Shown piece by piece: positions 26,557-33,082 of a DNA stretch of 39,161 bases (the stretch's first letter is position 1; each line of letters starts with the position of its first letter). Source of the stretch: an uncultured Rhodospirillaceae bacterium (GTDB taxonomy: Bacteria; Pseudomonadota; Alphaproteobacteria; CAYNIS01). The stretch is taken from positions 1 through 39,161 of the forward strand of contig CAYNIS010000001.1 in assembly GCA_964397055.1 (NCBI GenBank), read 5' to 3'. The position numbers and the translations under genes are program-made. A model generated the notes under the pieces. That model saw nothing but the letters and a program-made list of their open reading frames with translations. It searched no databases and was not told the origin of the DNA.

Positions 26557-28278
26557 TTATTCTTCGGTGGTGTCGTCGGACCCGTCGAGGATCCCGGACA
26601 GGACCCGGCCGAAATAGCGGGCGCCCGGTGCCGCCGGTGGCGCTCCGGCCGCCGCCGCCGGACCCGGCTCGACACCAGGACCCCGATCCGACGGGCGGGT
26701 CGGCTGGGTCGGGTTCACCGGTGCCGGGTCCGCCCGCTCCGCGCGCGCGGCCTGCTCTGCGTTGGCCGCGTCGAGCTTGGCGATGCGGACGTCGTCATCC
26801 TCGTCGTCGATCAGCTCATAGACGGTGACCATCGGGCGCAGGATGATGAACAGGGAGGTGCGGCCGACCGACCGGTCCGACGCCCCGATCCGCCACAGTC
26901 CGAACGGCGCATTGCGTCCTTCGGAAATGGTGGTGGTCGACAGCCCGCCCAGGATCACGGTCTCGCCGGCCGGCACGCGGACCAGGTCGGTCAGGTTCTG
27001 GGTCAACGTCGACGGCGGTTCGCCGACGATTTCCGGCAGCGGGTTCTCGCTCTCCAGGGATTCGTTGTCGAGTTCAAGGTCGATGGTGACCAGTTCCGTA
27101 TCGGCATCGAAGCGCGGCGTCAGCGTGATCCTCAGGCTGACCGTGACCTCGTCGAACTCCGTGACGATATCGGTTCCCGAATCCTGACCGCGATCGACGA
27201 TGGTCTCGCGCACGATCGGGAAGGTGCGGCCGGATTCGATCGTCGCCTGTTGCCCGGAGAGCGTGCGCACCTCGATGTTCTGTTCGATGTCGGTCCGGCC
27301 GAACGACGACAGGAACTGGATCGCCCCGGTGACGTTGAGAGCGGCTTCGGTTCCGAAAAGGCCGACCCCGGACCGCAGCAGGTTGGTCAGGATCTGCTGG
27401 CTGTCGAGCTGGGTCAGCGTGCCGTCGCCGGCGCCGGTGATCTGGTTGCCGGTCTGGATGGTCGCGGCGAACTGGTCGAAATCGAACCCGCGCTGGTCGT
27501 TGTCGTCGAGGGTGACGGAGACGAGGGCCACCTGGATCGCGATTTCCGAGAAGTTCTCGCCCACCCGGCGCAGGTAGGGTCGGATGATCTCCTCGTTCTG
27601 GGGTGGGCGCGCGGAATAGTAGACGACCGAGCCGTTGACGCTTTCGACCAGGTCCTCGGCACCGAAACCGGCCAGTTCCTCCGCCACCTCTTTAAGTATT
27701 TCCGGGTTCTGCGGCAGGGTTACGAGGTATCGTTCCTGGGCCGACAGGAACAAGGCATCGGCGTCCCACCAGTAGGCTAGGCCCATCGTCTTGTTGAGCT
27801 TGGTCATGAGACCGCCGAGCGTGCCTTCGAACCGGCGGAACGGCACGGTCTGGTTGCGCAGGGCGAGGTCGTCTTCGGAATCGCCGGACAGGGTGTTGTT
27901 GCGGTCGAAGTGGAAGGCGACCGGAATGCCCTGGTCCTCGAGGATCAGCGTCAATTCGTCGAGGTCGATGCGTGCCGCGGGCAGGCGCAGGATGATTTCC
28001 TGCTCGGCGACGTCCGGCGGCAGTTCGCCGCGCACCCTCTGCACCACGAACAGGTCGGCCGGCAGCGGCACCCGTCGAAGGCCCGCCCGGGTCGAAAACT
28101 GTGCCGCGGTCTGCTCAAGGACGATCTCGGCACGCGGCGGCTCCTGGTCCGGCAGGGGCTCCGCACAGCCCGCCGCGACCAGACACAAGGCGATGCTAGT
28201 TCTGCGTGCAGCCGCCCATGCGCTGGAGAACCCCGCTGAAACGCAAGGCTGCCGCTTCGGGCACGATGAAGGGCTCAT
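26557..28278 (-). CDS. Secretin-family outer-membrane channel, probable lipoprotein
   Basis: The C-terminal region has secretin character (ALNVTGAIQFLSSFGRTDIEQNIEVRTLSGQQATIESG ... VPAGETVILGGLSTTT ... RTSLFIILRPMV). The N-terminus RRTSIALCLVAAGC|AEP is lipobox-like. The start is uncertain: the ATG at 28278 overlaps the upstream gene by 83 nt and the ATG at 28365 overlaps it by 170 nt. Confidence 0.7.
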   Translation of the reverse strand: MSPSSCPKRQPCVSAGFSSAWAAARRTSIALCLVAAGCAEPLPDQEPPRAEIVLEQTAAQFSTRAGLRRVPLPADLFVVQRVRGELPPDVAEQEIILRLPAARIDLDELTLILEDQGIPVAFHFDRNNTLSGDSEDDLALRNQTVPFRRFEGTLGGLMTKLNKTMGLAYWWDADALFLSAQERYLVTLPQNPEILKEVAEELAGFGAEDLVESVNGSVVYYSARPPQNEEIIRPYLRRVGENFSEIAIQVALVSVTLDDNDQRGFDFDQFAATIQTGNQITGAGDGTLTQLDSQQILTNLLRSGVGLFGTEAALNVTGAIQFLSSFGRTDIEQNIEVRTLSGQQATIESGRTFPIVRETIVDRGQDSGTDIVTEFDEVTVSLRITLTPRFDADTELVTIDLELDNESLESENPLPEIVGEPPSTLTQNLTDLVRVPAGETVILGGLSTTTISEGRNAPFGLWRIGASDRSVGRTSLFIILRPMVTVYELIDDEDDDVRIAKLDAANAEQAARAERADPAPVNPTQPTRPSDRGPGVEPGPAAAAGAPPAAPGARYFGRVLSGILDGSDDTTEE

Positions 28279-28750
28279 CAACCTCGGGATCGTAGAAGAG
28301 AACCTTGCCGTCGCCGACGCATCCCCGAAGAGTGGACAGAGAAAGCCGTTCCTCAAGACGCTCACGGCTCAACGCCTCCGCTCGGCTCAAGAGCTGCCCG
28401 CCTTCGGTTTCCAGACGACGAATGAGGTCCTGCTTAGCAGCGTCGACATCCCTGGACCAGGGCTTTTCCCCGGCAAGCCGACGGCGTTCGTCTATGGCGC
28501 GGCGGTCGATTGCTTGACGGACACGGGTCTCCATTTGGCGAATGCGGTTTTCGAGGCCGAGCAGTGCTTCGAGAACGCGGGCGGCGCGCTCCTCCTCTAT
28601 CTGGTCCTCGCTCGGGCCCTGGCTGATCGGCAGGGAAGCCCCCCGGACCGCATGGCCGGCGTCGGTCGTCGCCAGCGCCTGCGAGCCGATGACCGCGGCC
28701 ACGACCAGCGCCGCGACCGCCGCGAGCGACGTCGTTCCCGGCCGCGTCAT
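28196..28750 (-). CDS. Exported coiled-coil/Cys-pair protein, paralog B
   Basis: 184 aa from the ATG at 28750, with an ATGA overlap with the upstream paralog. It has a signal or anchor (SLAAVAALVVAAVIGSQALA), a charged helix, then RGCVGDGKVLF...MGGCTQN. Confidence 0.6.
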   Translation of the reverse strand: MTRPGTTSLAAVAALVVAAVIGSQALATTDAGHAVRGASLPISQGPSEDQIEEERAARVLEALLGLENRIRQMETRVRQAIDRRAIDERRRLAGEKPWSRDVDAAKQDLIRRLETEGGQLLSRAEALSRERLEERLSLSTLRGCVGDGKVLFYDPEVDEPFIVPEAAALRFSGVLQRMGGCTQN

Positions 28751-29394
28751 TGTCCGGTCCCGATGTAGCGGTCCACCGCATCGGCCGCCGCAGGCCGGGC
28801 AGCCGTGGCCTCGGCTTCGGCCGTCCGCCGCCTGCCGTTGCCGTCCTCGCAGCGGCCCAGGCGGCGCACGTCCTCGTTGACGAGGGCGGCTTCGCGGCCG
28901 TCGACGAAGAACACCTCCGACAGGTCGTTGGCGGCTTCCACCGTGAACATCGCCTGACCGTCGACACAGCCCCGGAACACGCCGACCGCGAGCCGCTCTG
29001 CCAGCGCCTCCCGGCGCCGGACCTCGACCGGGGTCAGAACCTCGCCCGTGGCAGAGGACATGCGCTCGATGATCTCGCTCGCGGTCTGGTCGATGTCCCG
29101 CATCCACGGGCGTTCGGAGCGCACGCGCTCGGCTTCCAGGCGCGCCCGTTCGTCGATCGCCGCGCGCAACGTCTCTTCCAGGCGACGCAGCCGTGCATCC
29201 AACTGAATGATCCGCACCAGAACCGGATCGTCCTTCGGGTCGAACGGGCGCGGATCGAACTGGGCATGGGCCGGCAGGCCGCCGAGGAAGGCCGCGGTCA
29301 TGGCGCCGAGAACGAACGCAACGATGGCGATCTTCGCCGTGCCCGAAGCATCGCGGATTCGGTGCGTTGGCAAGAAGGCATCGATCTTGAGCAT
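28747..29394 (-). CDS. Exported coiled-coil/Cys-pair protein, paralog A
   Basis: 215 aa with a signal or anchor (AKIAIVAFVLGAMTAAFLGGLPAHA|Q). By hand, about 40 % of ~83 ungapped positions are identical to paralog B, including EKPW/ERPW, RDxD and RGCV. Confidence 0.6.
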   Translation of the reverse strand: MLKIDAFLPTHRIRDASGTAKIAIVAFVLGAMTAAFLGGLPAHAQFDPRPFDPKDDPVLVRIIQLDARLRRLEETLRAAIDERARLEAERVRSERPWMRDIDQTASEIIERMSSATGEVLTPVEVRRREALAERLAVGVFRGCVDGQAMFTVEAANDLSEVFFVDGREAALVNEDVRRLGRCEDGNGRRRTAEAEATAARPAAADAVDRYIGTGQ

Positions 29395-29645
29395 GGCGAG
29401 CCGGGCCCTTCCGCCCCTGAATTGCGATCGTTGTGAGGTCGGTTCGTGCGACCGGCGTCGGTCGGTCGGATAGGCCCCGCCGGCCGCCGGTGAATTCGGT
29501 TTCCGGCGAGGATCCTACACATCAACCGTTAACGAGAACGGGCATAGACTGTGCCTCGTCTGATTGGGCCGCGGCGATGCTTCAGGTGCACGCCAGCCCG
29601 GGCCGTTGCCGCTGGCGGCGGCCTTGCGAGAAGAGGTCCATCGGC

Positions 29646-30821
29646 ATGCCTGCCTTCATGGTCAGACTGCGCGCGGCCGGCCGGGTGAAAGAGCTCGAGC
29701 TCAACGCCCAGAACCCCGAGGTTGCCAAGCGGATGGCGCGCCGCTTCGGCTCCGTCATCTCGGTGAACAAGAAGGAACGCAAGCACACCGGCGGCGGCCT
29801 TCACCAGTCCGAGCGCTACATCTTCCTGTGGCGGGTCTCGACCATGCTCGCCTCCAAGGTCGGGACGACCGAAGCCCTGCGGCTCATTCGCGACAGTTTC
29901 TCGGGCCGGATCGGTGCCTGTGCCGCGGGTCTCCTGGAGCGTGTCGAGGCCGGGGCCGACCTGCCGACGGCGATTTCCGACGACACCCGCAACTTCCCGG
30001 GTGCGATCGGCATGATCATCAAGGTGGGCGCCCAGACCGGCCAGACCTGGCGGGCCCTGCAGCGCGCGGCGGAGTTCGAGCACAAGCTGCAGGAAGCCAA
30101 GAAGGGGTCGTCGAAGGGTATCGCGACCGCCGTCGCTTCCTTCGTTCTGGCCGCCTGCCTGATGATCTTCTCCTCCTTCTATATCGGGCCGAAGGTCGCT
30201 TCCATGCAGCTTGTCCAGGCCGGCGGCGGAACCCAGGTCCTCGCCATCTTCGACCAGGTGGCGTTCTGGGGCGGCACGGTGATGACCTTGTGCGTGGTCA
30301 TGCTGTTCGGCCTGATGTGGCTCGCCACCGTCGGGCGCCGGCTGATGCCGCTGGCGGCGGACGCGATCATCCTGCGCATCCCGTTCTACAGCGAACTGGT
30401 GCTGGCCCAGGACAACTACGTGAACATGCACCGCATGTCGCTTCTGGTCCGTTCCGGCGTGCGCATGGAAGACGCGCTGAAGACATCCTTCGAATCCTGC
30501 CGTCCCGGGCTGATCAAGGAGGATTTCCGGCGCGCACTCGATGCCATCCGGCTCGGCCGCAAATGGGCGGCGTCCATGCATCTCCTGCACCCGACCGATC
30601 GTGCCGCCCTGATGCTGGCGTCGGACCGCGATCAGATCGCCCAGAACCTCGACAACATCGGCTCCCAGTACGAGAGCATCTATATCGAGCGGGTGGCGAT
30701 GTTCACGCCGATCATGACGGTCGCGGCAGCGTTGTCGATCACGGTCGCGGGCCTGGTCCTGTTCGGCCAGGCGGTGCTGCCGATGCTCGAAGCTTCCGCC
30801 GGTATCCTTGCCCAGAATTGA
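29646..30821 (+). CDS. GspF/PilC-family inner-membrane platform protein
   Basis: 391 aa from the ATG at 29646. Two T2SSF-like repeats (EALRLIRDSFSGRIGACAAGLLERVEAGADLPTAI and MEDALKTSFESCRPGLIKEDFRRALDAIRLGRKWAASM) are each followed by TM segments. The N-terminus MPAFMVRLRAAGRVKELELNAQNPEVAKRMARRFG is PilC-like. Confidence 0.8.
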   Translation: MPAFMVRLRAAGRVKELELNAQNPEVAKRMARRFGSVISVNKKERKHTGGGLHQSERYIFLWRVSTMLASKVGTTEALRLIRDSFSGRIGACAAGLLERVEAGADLPTAISDDTRNFPGAIGMIIKVGAQTGQTWRALQRAAEFEHKLQEAKKGSSKGIATAVASFVLAACLMIFSSFYIGPKVASMQLVQAGGGTQVLAIFDQVAFWGGTVMTLCVVMLFGLMWLATVGRRLMPLAADAIILRIPFYSELVLAQDNYVNMHRMSLLVRSGVRMEDALKTSFESCRPGLIKEDFRRALDAIRLGRKWAASMHLLHPTDRAALMLASDRDQIAQNLDNIGSQYESIYIERVAMFTPIMTVAAALSITVAGLVLFGQAVLPMLEASAGILAQN

Positions 30822-30830
30822 GATGCCGGT

Positions 30831-31080
30831 TAACCAAAAATAAAGCAAACTAAAAAATCTGTAAACTCTGCGTCACAGGCAGCATACACCCTGCTGCATG
30901 CGCGTTTTGCCGTGAAATGTTTGTTACAGCTCGTCATTCCCAGACATTCAATGCCATGCAGATTTCATTCAGTCAGCTGAACCAGGGGCGTTCCCTGGGC
31001 CGATAAAGCACTCATTAAATGTTCGGTCATAAAAGATTCACCGGTTCTTGACAGAGTTTGTCCCCATAATACTGCCGACA
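30831..31080. promoter_or_regulatory. AT-rich non-coding island (about 45 % GC) inside the filament cluster
   Basis: I counted 112 G+C in the 250 nt from 30831 to 31080, while the flanking coding DNA is visibly far more GC-rich. No credible ORF is present. The island lies between the platform gene and the downstream plus-strand unit. Confidence 0.5.
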
Positions 31081-31162
31081 GACAAAGAAGCGGCGGGCAC
31101 GGCAGGCGGCCGACCCCGCACCTGCGCCGTTCGCTTTCGGGGTCCTGGGGCACCCGGTGTCC

Positions 31163-31205
31163 GGGACCGATGCATGGGACCGACGCATGGGACCGACGCA
31201 TGGGA
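31163..31205. repeat. 13-bp tandem repeat, 3.3 copies
   Basis: gggaccgatgcat (31163-31175), gggaccgacgcat (31176-31188), gggaccgacgcat (31189-31201), then ggga. The unit length is not a multiple of 3. The last partial copy supplies the GGGAG upstream of the GTG at 31217. Confidence 0.9.
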
Positions 31206-31216
31206 GCGGTGGCAAC

Positions 31217-31606
31217 GTGGCCTTGCTGGACGTATCGACGATGACCCGCGGCCAGGTGATGGCGATCGGGGGGACCCTGTCCGCGATCGGCGTCGTCCTT
31301 CTGATCGTTGCGATCGTGCTCGCGGTGTCGACCGTCCAGCGGCGGGCCGACGCGCGGGAGATCGCGAGGCTCGAGCTGCGCGCCTGCATGGGCCGCCTGA
31401 CCCAGGACCTGGGCTTTCAGACGCAGCCGCGCCAGGAGACGTCGATCATTGCCCGGAAGGAAGGCTACGGCGACACGGCCCTGCGCCTGGGCGAGGTGTC
31501 GTCGGCGGCGCTGCTCTGCCCGGGGTGGGTGATGACCAGCTTCTGCATGGGCACCGGTTGCAGCTATTCGGACGGGGCCGAACTGGTGCTGGAACAGGTC
31601 AAGTAG
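31217..31606 (+). CDS. Small Cys-containing membrane-anchored protein
   Basis: Good G/C-ending codon usage from 31241 onward. TM segment AIGGTLSAIGVVLLIVAIVLAV, with four Cys in the exported part (RACMG, LLCPG, FCMGTGCS). The start is either the GTG at 31217 (GGGAG 10 nt upstream) or the ATG at 31241. Confidence 0.55.
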   Translation: MALLDVSTMTRGQVMAIGGTLSAIGVVLLIVAIVLAVSTVQRRADAREIARLELRACMGRLTQDLGFQTQPRQETSIIARKEGYGDTALRLGEVSSAALLCPGWVMTSFCMGTGCSYSDGAELVLEQVK

Positions 31607-31674
31607 CGAATTAACCGCGTTTCAACCGGCCTTGATCGAGGCTGGATGCCGAAATCGGCCAACGGAGGTGGATC

Positions 31675-32646
31675 ATGGCCAACCTTATCGTCACGGTGAT
31701 TGCGATCGCCCTTGTCGCCGTCGCATCGTTGATGGGTGCCTATTACGGCGGTGCCGCCTTCCTCCAGGGGGCAGAGCGGGCCAACGCGGCCAGCCTGGTC
31801 GCCCAGGGTCAGCAGATGGCCGGCGCCTGGATCGTCGGGCGCAACCAGTATGTCGGGGCGCCCTGGGCGAACACCGCCAACCTGCGCATGCTGACCACGT
31901 TCACGCTGCTGTCGGACCTGCCGGCACCGCCGGCCGATGCCTCGCGCCGGCCGTTCTACGGTGTCTTCCGGTCGGGCAACCAGCGCCGGTACGCGGTCGC
32001 CGACCTCGGCCCCAACGCCTATGGGGTGTGCCTGCGCGTGGAGACCCAGAATTCCGACTCGCCCCTCTACGGCATGATCGAGAACTTCAACGGCGGCACG
32101 TTCGACTTCACCCAGAACGGGGAGCCGATCGCGGCACTGGAGTTCCTGGAGCAGGACGTCTTCCTCTACGAACGCGGCTACCACATGGACCGGACGGCGG
32201 GCTGGACCGGTGGCACCGGCTTCGGCGGCGGCACCTTCGCCCTCAACTCCCAGGCACCGACACCGGCGCTCTACTCTCCGGGGGCGGACTGCCAGCCGTC
32301 GAAGATCGACATCTCCGGCGGCACCCCGGCCTACGGGGTGGCCCGCTGCGACATCACCCCGCATGACCCGTTCGACGGCCGCTACGGCTGCTTCGCCCTT
32401 TTCTCCGGCAGGCCCGATGCCTACGCGAACGGCTACACGGTCAGCACCGACACCGAACCGATGCTGTTCATCAATGCCGGTGACAACATGACCTTCAACA
32501 CCGGTGCCGCCGCCGCCGGCCAGTTCGTCGACACTGCCGCCAACTGCGGGGCTGCCGTCGATGCGGCCGACGCCAACACCATCTGTGCCGAGGTTCCCGA
32601 CGGAGCCGAGGACATTAGCTTCATCTTCTACTATCAGCTGCAGTAG
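31675..32646 (+). CDS. Pilin-like protein without class III leader (candidate major filament subunit)
   Basis: GGAGG sits 7 nt upstream of the ATG, and an in-frame stop lies 14 codons upstream. The N-terminus MANLIVTVIAIALVAVASLMGAYYGG is pilin-alpha1-like. A C-terminal Cys pair 14 residues apart (NCGAAVDAADANTIC) resembles a pilin D-region. Confidence 0.55.
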   Translation: MANLIVTVIAIALVAVASLMGAYYGGAAFLQGAERANAASLVAQGQQMAGAWIVGRNQYVGAPWANTANLRMLTTFTLLSDLPAPPADASRRPFYGVFRSGNQRRYAVADLGPNAYGVCLRVETQNSDSPLYGMIENFNGGTFDFTQNGEPIAALEFLEQDVFLYERGYHMDRTAGWTGGTGFGGGTFALNSQAPTPALYSPGADCQPSKIDISGGTPAYGVARCDITPHDPFDGRYGCFALFSGRPDAYANGYTVSTDTEPMLFINAGDNMTFNTGAAAAGQFVDTAANCGAAVDAADANTICAEVPDGAEDISFIFYYQLQ

Positions 32647-32698
32647 GCGCGATCGGCGGGGTCGGTTCCACCGGCCCCGGTCGCCCGGGTCGGTTCCG

Positions 32699-32782
32699 AT
32701 GATCCGCTTCACCTTTAGCTTCGCCGCGACGCTGCTGGTCGCGATCGCCGCCTTCCTCGGCGCGCTCGCCGGTGTCGGGTGA
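32699..32782 (+). CDS. Possible 27-aa hydrophobic micropeptide
   Basis: MIRFTFSFAATLLVAIAAFLGALAGVG with G/C-ending codons but only a weak SD. This call is speculative. Confidence 0.25.
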   Translation: MIRFTFSFAATLLVAIAAFLGALAGVG

Positions 32783-32830
32783 CGCGTCGATGCAGGGTGA
32801 CGCGTCGATGCAGGGTGATGGGCCGATGCG
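32777..32830. repeat. 18-bp in-frame tandem repeat (2 perfect copies plus 1 degenerate)
   Basis: gggtgacgcgtcgatgca at 32777-32794 and 32795-32812, then gggtgatgggccgatgcg at 32813-32830. Each copy carries an in-frame ATG (GDASMQ GDASMQ GDGPMR). Confidence 0.85.
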
Positions 32831-33038
32831 CTGGGCGATCCGGGCGCTGGACTGGGCGGCGGCGGCTGGCTGCTTGGTCTGGGCCGCGAGGGTCTGGGAT
32901 CACGGGCTCGGCCCGGGCTCGGGCTGGGTGTGGCTTGCGGCAGGGCTGATCGGCTGTGTCCTCGCCGCGCTTGACGTGTCGCGGAGGGCCGAACGGGCGG
33001 TGTTCCGCGCCCTCCTGGTCAAGCGCCGCCGGACATAG
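32826..33038 (+). CDS. Small two-TM membrane protein
   Basis: MRWAIRALDWAAAAGCLVWAARVW...WVWLAAGLIGCVLAAL...RRAERAVFRALLVKRRRT. The start is ambiguous: GTG at 32772, or ATG at 32790, 32808 or 32826, all created by the 18-bp repeat. Confidence 0.45.
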   Translation: MRWAIRALDWAAAAGCLVWAARVWDHGLGPGSGWVWLAAGLIGCVLAALDVSRRAERAVFRALLVKRRRT

Positions 33039-33070
33039 AACCGCCGGACGTTTAGCCGCCGGACATTGAG
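33026..33070. repeat. 15-bp tandem repeat, 3 copies, spanning the upstream stop codon
   Basis: ccgccggacatagaa (33026-33040), ccgccggacgtttag (33041-33055) and ccgccggacattgag (33056-33070). The repeat ends 12 nt before the ATG at 33083. Confidence 0.85.
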
Positions 33071-33082
33071 GACGAGTTCCCG

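Noticed and set aside
28279-28365. Longer N-terminal extension of the secretin (start at 28365)
   Set aside because: It would overlap the upstream paralog gene by 170 nt and add a non-signal-like peptide. Even the ATG at 28278 overlaps by 83 nt, so the start remains uncertain rather than resolved.
31048-31076. Perfect TTGACA hexamer (31048-31053) as a sigma70 -35 element for the pilin-side operon
   Set aside because: The only TATAAT-like sequences (cataat/taatac, 31065-31072) are 11-13 nt away. The hexamer at the proper 16-17 nt spacing (tactgc/actgcc) is not -10-like. It may still be part of a non-canonical promoter but cannot be called from sequence.
31217-31300. Possible class III (prepilin) signal in the small protein: MTRG|QVMAIGG
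   Set aside because: A Gly is followed by a hydrophobic stretch, but there is no Glu at +5. The hydrophobic segment is preceded by other residues if the GTG start is used. It fits an ordinary signal anchor better.
30965-31614. ORFs 30965..31201-, 31027..31389- and 31048..31614+ in and around the AT-rich island
   Set aside because: They have poor codon usage and run through the 13-bp non-triplet repeat. They conflict with the well-coded frame of 31217..31606.
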